From Candidatus Levyibacteriota bacterium (lineage in GTDB: Bacteria > Patescibacteriota > Microgenomatia > Levybacterales > UBA12049), in the NCBI GenBank assembly GCA_027334565.1, contig DAHWUP010000001.1, forward strand, positions 16,674 to 80,673: a DNA stretch of 64,000 nt, written 5' to 3'. Under the pieces are notes generated by a model. That model did not search any database and was not told where the DNA came from. It worked only from the letters and a program-made list of their open reading frames with translations. The stretch's first letter is position 1. Every line of letters begins with the position of its first letter. Below are positions 29,316-38,320 of the stretch, piece after piece. Both the position numbers and the translations under genes were made by a program.

Positions 29316-31049
29316 TTATCCGAATGTGAATGCGTAAACCTGCGTTCCCGGGGTTTCGAATTCAAGTTTTACAATGTGCGAACCGGTTTGACCCTTTAGA
29401 TCGATAAGATTGTAAAGCCTGTCCGAATCGACCGTGACCGTTCCGTTTTTTACGTCCGAACCGGCGTTGGCATCATTAACCACTTTATCGTCCAAAAAAA
29501 CTTTTATTTTCGCAGTGCCTTGCGTTCCGGGATTTAAAACCAAAAAAACTTTATTCGCATAAAAATCATAAGTTAGTGTCGCCCCGGGACCGGTGATTGC
29601 GTTTTGGGGCGATATATTCCAGCTTCCCCCCAAAGAGAATGAGTTCACAGGCGGGTTTTCGGACAAGGTGAAATTAGTATTTACCACACCCGTATTTCCG
29701 CTTGGATAATAATACTCCATCCTCTGGGCATTAAGATAAGTCTCGGGGGATAAATTGCCTTGTGGTGTTTGGTCGGGAAGATTGTCAAGCTTAACGGTTA
29801 CTTTTTGACCGGCTTCCTTTAAGAGCTCCCGGATCGCCATTTCGGTCCGGTCATACTCCCCTTCGCCGAAATGCGTCCGCCTGACATTTCCGTTTGCATC
29901 TATAAGGTACTCGGCCGGCCAATACTCGTTGTTATAGTTGTTCCAGGTAGCGTAATCGTTATCCTGAGCGACCGGATAACGTATATCAAACATTTTTATT
30001 GCATTCTCAATGTTTGGAGTACTGTGTTCGAACGCAAATTCCGGCGTATGAACGCCGATTACTACAAAACCTTTATCCTTATACTTGTCGTACCAGCTGG
30101 TGACATGAGAAAGGGTTCTGATGCAATTAATGCAGGTATAGGTCCAGAAATCGACCAGCACCACTTTTCCCCGTAAAGCACTGAGCGATAAAGGCTTATC
30201 CGTGTTCAACCAACCGGTAATACCAACAAAACCCGGCGCGGGATAATCCGCGTTAAAAAGCGAACTGTCGGAAAGCGAAGGTAAATTCAATAAGTTCGAA
30301 GATTTTAACGAATTCAACTGTTGAGTCACCGCGGGATTACTTTCGATAGCCGTAAGCGAGTTTGAGTATGACGGAAAATAGTCCAAAAGTTTCGTCTCCA
30401 AGACCCTGTCATAACCGGTCAGTATCAGCAAAGCGGTCAAGATCATGACCACGCCAAAAACCTGCTGAACACGTCCGGTATATTTTGACAACAGTTTCGT
30501 TTTGCCGAAAACCCTGTTTCCAAGACTTGCAAAAATGAAAAGAGGAATCCCCGCTCCGGCCAGGTAAAAGAAAGTAACAAGTACCGTTGCAAGATTTACT
30601 CTAAGAGTAGCCGACAAGGTTGCGATAGTTGCCAGAATCGGTCCGGCGCAGGGAGTCCAGACCACGCCTAAAGCCAGGCCGGTTACCAAACCCGATAAAA
30701 ATCCTGTTTCTTTGGATACATTTAAATTTCCGAATTTTCCGACCAAACGACTAAGGTAAGCTTCCAAATACCGGCCGAATTTCGGGATTATCAGCGAGAA
30801 ACCGAACAGCCCGATCACCAAAACCGCGAAAAGGCGCAGAAGGTTTGTGTCAAACGGAATTATTTTAACAAGATAAGAAATAAAGAGCGTTAAAATGCCA
30901 AACGACAGCATTATTCCGAACGTTATTCCCAAAGGCTTTCTGTGTCCACCGGTTGAAGACGATAAAACCAATGGAAGAATCGGCCAGATACAGGGGGCGA
31001 AAATAGTAATAAGACCCCCCAAAAACGCAAAGACAAATAGCACCAGCAT
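29316..31049 (-). CDS. dipZ: DipZ (CcdA-type TM domain + thioredoxin + C-terminal domain)
   Basis: APCIWPILP and WTPCAGPIL in the TM part; DFWTYTCINC thioredoxin motif; GVHTPEFAFE; YAFTFG end. Confidence 0.9.
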   Translation of the reverse strand: MLVLFVFAFLGGLITIFAPCIWPILPLVLSSSTGGHRKPLGITFGIMLSFGILTLFISYLVKIIPFDTNLLRLFAVLVIGLFGFSLIIPKFGRYLEAYLSRLVGKFGNLNVSKETGFLSGLVTGLALGVVWTPCAGPILATIATLSATLRVNLATVLVTFFYLAGAGIPLFIFASLGNRVFGKTKLLSKYTGRVQQVFGVVMILTALLILTGYDRVLETKLLDYFPSYSNSLTAIESNPAVTQQLNSLKSSNLLNLPSLSDSSLFNADYPAPGFVGITGWLNTDKPLSLSALRGKVVLVDFWTYTCINCIRTLSHVTSWYDKYKDKGFVVIGVHTPEFAFEHSTPNIENAIKMFDIRYPVAQDNDYATWNNYNNEYWPAEYLIDANGNVRRTHFGEGEYDRTEMAIRELLKEAGQKVTVKLDNLPDQTPQGNLSPETYLNAQRMEYYYPSGNTGVVNTNFTLSENPPVNSFSLGGSWNISPQNAITGPGATLTYDFYANKVFLVLNPGTQGTAKIKVFLDDKVVNDANAGSDVKNGTVTVDSDRLYNLIDLKGQTGSHIVKLEFETPGTQVYAFTFG

Positions 31050-31062
31050 AAATAGCTTTCTC

Positions 31063-31085
31063 CGGTAAGCCCGTCGGGCTTACCG
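31063..31085. repeat. Perfect 11-bp inverted repeat between the secreted-repeat gene and dipZ
   Basis: CGGTAAGCCCG-T-CGGGCTTACCG. Confidence 0.7.
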
Positions 31086-31092
31086 CAAAATG

Positions 31093-31608
31093 TTATTTCG
31101 CAAGGTACCAAACTCCCAGTAATCCGTTTCCGTTTATTTCTCCTGCTTTTGTATCCCCTGCATAGTAATACAAAGGCATACCATTCCACGTATATTGGGT
31201 CTGACCCTGGGCGTTTTTAAAGGTTCCCAAATGCGCCGGAAGATTTGTCGGGACACTACCGCTCACAAGAAACGGCGGCCACTTGCTAAGACATGCCCCC
31301 GTGCAATTGCTGACGTTGGTAGTATCTTTGGCATAGGTATAAAGAGCCATTCCCTTCGGATCGGTCACGTAACTTCCGACTTTGGCACTGTTTGACATCG
31401 CGATCGGCTCCGATACCGCCTGGGTCGGCTGCATAGCAGCGCTTTGTGCGCCGGCTTGTTTAGCCTGATCGAGCTGCGTTTGATAACTTTGAGCCTGGTC
31501 TGCCATCATCTTGGTCAATTTGGTTTTTTCGTAATAATAACCTCCGAACAGACCGACCAAAAGCGCAATCACTCCGACAACTACCATTGGCGCGTATTTA
31601 TTGTTCAT
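31093..31608 (-). CDS. Membrane-anchored secreted repeat protein (COG4315/Lipoprotein_15-like, Y-X4-D repeats)
   Basis: GMALYTYAKD..SNCTGACLSKWPP and Q.TWNGMPLYYYAGD..GEINGNG..W. SD GGAGGTG precedes ATG 31608. Confidence 0.85.
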   Translation of the reverse strand: MNNKYAPMVVVGVIALLVGLFGGYYYEKTKLTKMMADQAQSYQTQLDQAKQAGAQSAAMQPTQAVSEPIAMSNSAKVGSYVTDPKGMALYTYAKDTTNVSNCTGACLSKWPPFLVSGSVPTNLPAHLGTFKNAQGQTQYTWNGMPLYYYAGDTKAGEINGNGLLGVWYLAK

Positions 31609-31650
31609 AATTTTCACCTCCCTTCGGGCAATATCATATCACTCAAATTA

Positions 31651-31869
31651 TTATTTATCACTTAGTTCAAAAACCTCTTCCACTTTTTTCCCGAAAAATT
31701 TTGCAATTATAAAACCAAGCAAAAGCGAAGGGGTATAGTTGCCTTTTTCTATTGCTACGACTGTCTGCCTGGAAACACCGATTCTTTCTGCCAGTTCTCC
31801 CTGGGTAATCCCGAATTTTTTTCTAAATAATGCAACCTTATTTTGGATACCTCCCATATCAACCTTCAT
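31651..31869 (-). CDS. XRE-family HTH transcriptional regulator
   Basis: ITQGELAERIGVSRQTVVAIEKGNYTPSL. Confidence 0.9.
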   Translation of the reverse strand: MKVDMGGIQNKVALFRKKFGITQGELAERIGVSRQTVVAIEKGNYTPSLLLGFIIAKFFGKKVEEVFELSDK

Positions 31870-31882
31870 TTTCCAAAACTTA

Positions 31883-31908
31883 ATAATGTCAAGCCTGCTT
31901 TACATTAT
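31883..31908. promoter_or_regulatory. Palindromic operator upstream of the XRE gene
   Basis: ATAATGTCAAG-CCTG-CTTTACATTAT, 10/11 inverted match, 14 bp upstream of ATG. Confidence 0.7.
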
Positions 31909-32116
31909 CCTTTTTCACAACCGGAGTCTGTAAACCCGATCACCAACCTTAGCTTCGGAAACCGGTTTTTTTAGACGATAAGTTAGTTCCATATCAAGAG
32001 GTGAATTTTCAAAGAATCATTTTCCCAGATCTTAACGGTTCCGGGAGGGGAAAGAGAAATGAGACGACGCAGCCTGATCGTGGAAGAGTTAATCAAGATA
32101 TTAATCCTATAGTTAA

Positions 32117-32145
32117 TTGACTTACGGCTGTTTTTCTGCTATAAT
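32117..32145 (+). promoter_or_regulatory. Sigma70 promoter with extended -10
   Basis: TTGACT-17 bp-(TGc)TATAAT, 9 nt before ATG 32155. Confidence 0.75.
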
Positions 32146-32154
32146 TCGCTTCCT

Positions 32155-32523
32155 ATGTCAGCCTTGGAACGAGAACTTACAAACTACTTATATGAGGATT
32201 CGCACACTACGTTGGGCGTTAATAGTCCCGATTTTGACGAAACGGCCTTAAAACCACCGTCCGTGGTCACATTGCTTTTGGATATTAAGCCGGACGTTCC
32301 CCTCACCCAAGCCGCACTCGAACAGCTTCATTCATTGCCGCAGATGATAAGCTTTATCCATGAATATACCGCTTTGGATGTTGAAAAAGGGCTGCCGGAA
32401 GACAAAGCACGTCAACACGTCGGCAGGATGATGTTAAGATTAGCAAAACAGGACGGAGCAGAAACACTTGCAAGATGGCAAAAAGCGGTAAGGGGTTCGG
32501 CAATACTGACAACGGGGTTTTAG
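32155..32523 (+). CDS. Hypothetical protein
   Basis: 122-aa ORF directly behind a near-consensus promoter; no recognised motif. Confidence 0.6.
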   Translation: MSALERELTNYLYEDSHTTLGVNSPDFDETALKPPSVVTLLLDIKPDVPLTQAALEQLHSLPQMISFIHEYTALDVEKGLPEDKARQHVGRMMLRLAKQDGAETLARWQKAVRGSAILTTGF

Positions 32524-32658
32524 GTTTTTTTATTTCCGGAAGTATCCTCGAACATTTCCTACCTTACTATCACCTAAAAAGATCCACCGGTGAATGATTG
32601 ATTTTATCAACCTACACCCGATCGGGCAATTTATTCAATTATGTTATATCATGAATTA

Positions 32659-34512
32659 ATGCCTGAGAAATTACGTTTTGTCACAAAAGATTTGGTTATA
32701 TCCGTTGCTTCACTACTAATCGCGTCTTTGTGTTTTGTACTTGATTTGATTTATCCCGGCCGTACTTTTATAGCGTATATCGCCGCTTTTCTCTCTCTTT
32801 TTCCCTACTACCTGCCGATCGCAAGAGCTCTCCTTAGGTTCCAGCTGGACCTTTCCTTACCGCCAATAATCACTATTTATATATTGCTTTTTTTACAAAA
32901 AGGCGACGTCGCTATTGTCTTCATCCTTATCATCCTGACCGGGCATCTGTTCAAAACGATTATTCTCGATAGGGTAAAAGCTTCCATCGTCGGTATCTCC
33001 GATAAGTTGCCAAAAACCGCGGTCATCAAATCCTTGGGCAAAGAAACAGAAATTAATATCTCTTCGATTGGGGTCGGAGATGAATTGGTGGTCAAAAGCG
33101 GTGAAAGAGTGGCCACCGACGCAATTCTTTTATCGGATGAGGCACTCGTGGACGAATCCGTAGTAACAGGAGAATCAAAACCGGTCATAAAGAAAAAGGG
33201 CGACAAGCTGCTTGCAGGATCTATAAATTCCGGAAATTATTTTGAATGCACGGCAAGCGCAACGGCGGAAAATTCTACGCTTTTACAGATTCAAAAACTG
33301 GTCACCAAAGCCCAAAATGAAAAGTCCCCGCTTGCCGATATTGTCAGTAAATATGCCTGGATCACCACCGGCTTGGCCCTTACGGGCGTTTGGATAATTT
33401 TTTTAATAACCCATAACGGTCTTATCGCACTTTCCTTCTGGATAGCCGTTGTTCCGGTAATTTTTGCCATTATCGTACCGGTAGCCACGACAATAGGTAT
33501 CACGATACTCGCAAAACAGGGGATTCTGGTTAAAACCAGCACTTCGCTTGAAAATTTAACCCGCTCAAACACCTTCCTTTTTGATAAAACCGGCACCATA
33601 ACCCGGGGAAAACCCGAAGTTGAATATATTTTGGAAGTTGACGCCAAAAAGAATGAAATATTGCAGATCGCCGCGAGCATAGAAACTTATTCAAATCACC
33701 CGTTGGCGGAACCGATCATAGAAAAATCCAAACAGGAACGATTGAAGCTGTTGGAACTGACAAAAGTTAATACCCTGGTTGGAAAAGGCATGACCGCCTT
33801 ATTTGATAATAAGACGGTATTTTTAGGCAACTATTCTTTGCTTAATGAATTAATGATCAAACCTCCGGTCGGAATTCTTTCCATAATTAAGGACTGGGAG
33901 GGTAAAGGCGCGACTCCCGTTTATGTGGGAGAAAATGGCAAGGTCGAAGGTGTAATATTTCTACTTGATAAATTAAGGCCTGAGGCGAAACCGCTTTTTT
34001 CCGCTCTTAAATCGAGCGGTTATGAAACGATAATTGTTACCGGAGATAAAAAAGAGGTTGCCGAAACCGTAGTTCAACAACTCGATAATGCAAATTTCAT
34101 TGCCGATGTTGCGCCGGAAGGCAAAGTCGATGAAGTCGACAAAAAGGTCAATGAAGGGAAAAACATCGTCATGGTCGGCGACGGAATAAACGACGCACCG
34201 GCCCTTGCCAAAGCACAGGTGGGAATTGCCATGGGCGGAAAAGGCGTGGACCTGACCTTAAATGCCGCAGACATAGTGTTACTAAACAACAATATCGCTT
34301 CTATTCCGGGAATGATTACGATTTCCAAAAAAACTTTCAGAATAATCAAACAGGACGTATTTTTGGCTACCCTTATTCATTCAATTACCGCGATTTTGGT
34401 GATCACGGGTTTCATCACTATCGTAGAAACCACTTTTATACACGAATTTTCATCCGCCCTGGTACTCTTAAACACCGTCCGGTTGTTCCGGATTAAAATC
34501 AACAAAACTTAA
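32659..34512 (+). CDS. P1B-type (heavy-metal) ATPase with atypical TM metal site
   Basis: TGES, DKTGT, HP, TGD, GDGINDAPALA. Start at the ATG 6 nt after TATCAT. Confidence 0.9.
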   Translation: MPEKLRFVTKDLVISVASLLIASLCFVLDLIYPGRTFIAYIAAFLSLFPYYLPIARALLRFQLDLSLPPIITIYILLFLQKGDVAIVFILIILTGHLFKTIILDRVKASIVGISDKLPKTAVIKSLGKETEINISSIGVGDELVVKSGERVATDAILLSDEALVDESVVTGESKPVIKKKGDKLLAGSINSGNYFECTASATAENSTLLQIQKLVTKAQNEKSPLADIVSKYAWITTGLALTGVWIIFLITHNGLIALSFWIAVVPVIFAIIVPVATTIGITILAKQGILVKTSTSLENLTRSNTFLFDKTGTITRGKPEVEYILEVDAKKNEILQIAASIETYSNHPLAEPIIEKSKQERLKLLELTKVNTLVGKGMTALFDNKTVFLGNYSLLNELMIKPPVGILSIIKDWEGKGATPVYVGENGKVEGVIFLLDKLRPEAKPLFSALKSSGYETIIVTGDKKEVAETVVQQLDNANFIADVAPEGKVDEVDKKVNEGKNIVMVGDGINDAPALAKAQVGIAMGGKGVDLTLNAADIVLLNNNIASIPGMITISKKTFRIIKQDVFLATLIHSITAILVITGFITIVETTFIHEFSSALVLLNTVRLFRIKINKT

Positions 34513-34517
34513 ATAAA

Positions 34518-35693
34518 CTAAGGGGTTCTAAGCCTTTCTTCTTTGGCGAAAAAGATCTTGTAAAGATAAATGTTTGCCCCCGTCACCAGCGCGTACAAAT
34601 AGAACGGTACGGCGATAAAAGGCGTTGAGAAAAGCGAACCGGACAGCTCGGTGGCGATCGATGAACCCGTCAACCTGACCACCTGGTTGATACCCAGAGC
34701 TCTGCCCCGCTCATTTTCTTCAACCAGCGTGGTGATCGCAGTTTGCTGGATCGGAACGGCCAAAACTCTTAGAGCCGGAGTTATAAAATAGATAAAAAGA
34801 GCCAGGGGCAAGAATTTGACCAAAGGAAGAATAACCAGCATAATTATGCTAATCGCCCTTGAATAGGTGATGCTTTTGACAAAACCGTATTTTTTATCCG
34901 CATAGGGAGCGATCAAAAGAGAACTTGCCGCAATCACCCCGCTTATAAAAGTAAAAGTGGACATACTGTTTTCCGGTAATTTATAAACGATAATAAAAAA
35001 CGGGATCATAAACGGAGTGATCAGGCCTTGGGAAACACCGTTTAATAAACCTGTCAGAGTAAATTTTCCAATCACGAATTTGCTCTCGAGTTTTCTGAAT
35101 TTGCCTTTGATGTCGGGTGTGTACATAAAAAACAAGATGACGGTTCCAAGTAACGAGATCATTCCCGCAAGCAAAAATACCTCTTTAGCGGCGATAAATT
35201 TTACAAATACCGTTCCTATCGCCGCCGCAATCCCGTTCAAAAAAGCGAAAGCAGAATAATAAAACGTCCTTTTCTCTTTGGGTGTCAGATCAGCCAGAAC
35301 GGTATTTTGTATCGGTTGGACCGTGCCTCCGATCCCTCCTCCGGCTAAAGAACCGGTAGCCGAAAAACCGCCCAAAATAGCCGAAATGAATAAAATCGGG
35401 GTTGCATTTGAAAACCAAAGCAAAAAGCTCGACAACGGAAGAAGAAAAGTTGCCAAAATCAAGGTATTCCTCCTGCCCCATAGATCCGTTATCAAACCAA
35501 AGAATAATCCCAGTATGGCTGTTGCCAGAGTCGCCAGGGCAAAAATACTGCCTAAGAACAGAGGGCTTAAATGAAGGTCGTTTAAAACAAGATACGGAAA
35601 CGCGATGGCCAACATTCCCGCCGCTAGGCTCCTGGCGATCCTGGATATTAGAAGAATCCCAAGGGACGAACGAATTTTATCTGTCAATTCCAC
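34518..35693 (-). CDS. MFS transporter (12 TM)
   Basis: GLITDLWGRR motif A, ERGRALG. Confidence 0.85.
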   Translation of the reverse strand: MELTDKIRSSLGILLISRIARSLAAGMLAIAFPYLVLNDLHLSPLFLGSIFALATLATAILGLFFGLITDLWGRRNTLILATFLLPLSSFLLWFSNATPILFISAILGGFSATGSLAGGGIGGTVQPIQNTVLADLTPKEKRTFYYSAFAFLNGIAAAIGTVFVKFIAAKEVFLLAGMISLLGTVILFFMYTPDIKGKFRKLESKFVIGKFTLTGLLNGVSQGLITPFMIPFFIIVYKLPENSMSTFTFISGVIAASSLLIAPYADKKYGFVKSITYSRAISIIMLVILPLVKFLPLALFIYFITPALRVLAVPIQQTAITTLVEENERGRALGINQVVRLTGSSIATELSGSLFSTPFIAVPFYLYALVTGANIYLYKIFFAKEERLRTP

Positions 35694-35747
35694 AATATTT
35701 TCAATTATACATAAAATACGACAGGTAAAAATAGCTTAAATCCCGGT

Positions 35748-38120
35748 TTAATCTACGGGCTCGGGAGGCGATGCATGCAAAATGGGTCTTTGACTTAGTT
35801 TCGGTTCAAGTCTTGGACGCAAAGGCCTTATCAGCGCTATATCCAAAACCTCGTCCATGTGTGAGACAAAGACAAAATCCAGATCTTTTTTAACCTCCTT
35901 GGGTACGTCTTCCAAATCTTTCTTATTATCTTTGGGCAAAATGATGGTTTTTAGGCCGGCGCGATGGGCCGCGATCACTTTTTCCTTGACACCGCCGATC
36001 TCCAGGGCCCTTCCCCTTAAAGTCACTTCACCGGTCATACCGACCGTGCGCTTGACCGGAATCTTGGTTAATGCGGAAACGATTGCCGTAGTGATGGCCA
36101 GACCTGCAGAAGGTCCGTCTTTGGGAACCGCACCTTCCGGAACATGAACATGGACGTCGATTTTCTGATAGAATTTTTCCGGCAAGCCCAAATCCCTGGC
36201 TCTTGCCCGAATGTAAGAAAGCGCGGCCTGACAACTTTCTTTCATTACGTCTCCGAGCTGTCCGGTTAAAAGCAAATTACCTTTTCCGGGCATTAAAGCT
36301 ACTTCTATAAATAGTATGTCCCCGCCGGCCTCGGTCCAGGCCAACCCGGTCGACATCCCTGCTTCGTCCTTTTTCTCGATCAAGGTAGAGCTGACTTTTA
36401 TAGGGCCTAAAAACTTAGGCACATTTTTGTCGGAAACGATAATCTTTTTCTTGCTACCTTCTGCCACCTCCCTGGCAACCTTTCGCAAAATCGAGGCGAT
36501 TTGTCTTTCCAGAGTCCTGACCCCGGCTTCCCTTGTATAATGATCGATCACAAAACGGATCGCGGAATCGGTAATATCTACATGTTTGCCGGTTAAACCG
36601 TGCGCTTCCATTTGTTTCTTCAAAAGAAAGTCTTTGACGATCCTGAATTTTTCTTCCTGCGTGTAACCGGAGAACTGGATCACTTCAAGTCTGTCCCTTA
36701 AAGCCGGTGGTATGGTATCCAAAACATTGGCTGTCGTAACGAACATTACATCCGAGAGATCAAACGGAACCTCAAGGTAGTGATCGGAAAAAAGGTTATT
36801 TTGCTCAGGGTCCAACGCCTCCAAAAGCGCCGATGAAGGATCTCCCCTAAAATCCGCGCCGACCTTATCGATCTCGTCCAGCATGAACACCGGGTTTCTG
36901 GTTCCCGCGTCTTTAATCCCCTGAATGATCCTTCCCGGCATCGCTCCGACATATGTCCTTCTGTGTCCCCTTATCTCGGCTTCATCCCTGATCCCGCCCA
37001 AGGAAATCTTGACGAATTTTCTGCCTAAGGATCTTGCGATGGATTTTCCGATGGAGGTTTTGCCAACGCCCGGCGGTCCGACAAAACAAAGGATCGGTCC
37101 TTTCATTTTTCCCGACAGCTTATGAACCGCCAGATATTCGACTATCCTCTCCTTGACTTTCTCGAGCCCGTAGTGATCTTCGTTTAGAATCTTCTCCGCC
37201 TGTTTGATGTTGACCGTATTCTTGGTTTCAACGCCCCAAGGAAGGCTCAACAGCCAGTCAAGGTAATTTCGGATGTATCCGCCCTCGGGGTTGAACTGGT
37301 TCATCTGTGCCAGCTTTCGAATTTCCTTTTCCGCTTTTTCGGCGATATCGTCGGGCATTTTTGCTTTCTTGAGTTTTTCATACAACTCCTTGATCTCGCT
37401 GTCTTCGTCCGATTCGCCCAGTTCGCTTTGAATGGTCTTAAGTCTTTCCTTAAGCATGACTTCCCTTGCTCCTTTTTCAAACCTTTCCTGTGTTTTTGAG
37501 GCGATCTTTTTCTCAAGCTCCAAAACGCTGATTTCCTTGGACAAAAGGTCGATGACCTTTTCCAAACGCTTTTTGACGTCCAATTCTTCAAGAATGGTTT
37601 GCTTATCCGAGGGCCTAAGCTCTAAAACCGAGGCCACCAGATCTGCAAGTTGCGATGGCGTATTCTCACTCATCACGTTCATGAACACCAAAAAGTCCAC
37701 GAATTTACCCAAGTTTATCGCACGTTTGAATTCGTTTACCAGATGATTGGTCAGGGCTTTGATCTGGGGAGTATCGATAAAAATATCGTCGACTTCCTGA
37801 ACCCTTGCCATCATGAACGGTGAACCTTCAATGTATTCCAGTATGGCGATTCTGGACAATCCCTTGACCTGGGCGTTGATCTCGCCGTCACTTTTAATCA
37901 TGCGTTCGATGTGAGATAATGTACCCACATTATAGAGGTCCGAGGGCGACGGCTCGTTTAGTCTTGAATTCTTCTGTAAGACAAAACCGACGATTCGTTC
38001 CCCGGCAAAGGAGGATTCCAGAGCTGCCAGGCTTTTCGGTCTGCCGAAGGTCAACACCGAATCGGTATTGGGGAAAATGATTCCATCTCTGATTGGAATT
38101 ATAGAAACTATTTTTTCCAT
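35748..38120 (-). CDS. lon: Lon protease (endopeptidase La)
   Basis: GPPGVGKTS, LDEIDK, PKDGPSAG, IGGVKEK. Confidence 0.97.
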   Translation of the reverse strand: MEKIVSIIPIRDGIIFPNTDSVLTFGRPKSLAALESSFAGERIVGFVLQKNSRLNEPSPSDLYNVGTLSHIERMIKSDGEINAQVKGLSRIAILEYIEGSPFMMARVQEVDDIFIDTPQIKALTNHLVNEFKRAINLGKFVDFLVFMNVMSENTPSQLADLVASVLELRPSDKQTILEELDVKKRLEKVIDLLSKEISVLELEKKIASKTQERFEKGAREVMLKERLKTIQSELGESDEDSEIKELYEKLKKAKMPDDIAEKAEKEIRKLAQMNQFNPEGGYIRNYLDWLLSLPWGVETKNTVNIKQAEKILNEDHYGLEKVKERIVEYLAVHKLSGKMKGPILCFVGPPGVGKTSIGKSIARSLGRKFVKISLGGIRDEAEIRGHRRTYVGAMPGRIIQGIKDAGTRNPVFMLDEIDKVGADFRGDPSSALLEALDPEQNNLFSDHYLEVPFDLSDVMFVTTANVLDTIPPALRDRLEVIQFSGYTQEEKFRIVKDFLLKKQMEAHGLTGKHVDITDSAIRFVIDHYTREAGVRTLERQIASILRKVAREVAEGSKKKIIVSDKNVPKFLGPIKVSSTLIEKKDEAGMSTGLAWTEAGGDILFIEVALMPGKGNLLLTGQLGDVMKESCQAALSYIRARARDLGLPEKFYQKIDVHVHVPEGAVPKDGPSAGLAITTAIVSALTKIPVKRTVGMTGEVTLRGRALEIGGVKEKVIAAHRAGLKTIILPKDNKKDLEDVPKEVKKDLDFVFVSHMDEVLDIALIRPLRPRLEPKLSQRPILHASPPEPVD

Positions 38121-38135
38121 ATGCTGTTTTTGGTA

Positions 38136-38170
38136 TTAGCACTCTATCATACTAATTGCTAGAATGTCAA
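38136..38170 (-). promoter_or_regulatory. lon promoter with CIRCE-like operator
   Basis: TTAGCACTC-N9-AATTGCTAG (38136-38162) against consensus TTAGCACTC-N9-GAGTGCTAA. Minus-strand TTGACA-18-TAGAGT overlaps it. Confidence 0.65.
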
Positions 38171-38230
38171 GAGGCTAGCGGCCTCGCCGACCCTGAATGT
38201 GTTTCATGGGTCAAGAGGCTAGCGGCCTCG
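38166..38230. repeat. Two identical 21-bp palindromic direct repeats (REP-like)
   Basis: GTCAAGAGGCTAGCGGCCTCG at 38166-38186 and 38210-38230, with a 23-bp spacer. Confidence 0.8.
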
Positions 38231-38320
38231 TGCAGACCAAATTATAACTTGATTCTTAAAATAGGATGAGAATTTTACCGATTGACACAAGATTAGCCAC
38301 AAAACTACAATTAAAGTGCT

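Noticed and set aside
31914-32100. Short minus-strand ORFs upstream of the XRE gene
   Set aside because: Under about 45 codons, with no recognisable homology or initiation signal; a pseudogene cannot be supported.
38166-38230. Mini CRISPR array
   Set aside because: Only two 21-bp repeats with a 23-bp self-folding spacer, and no cas genes in the window.
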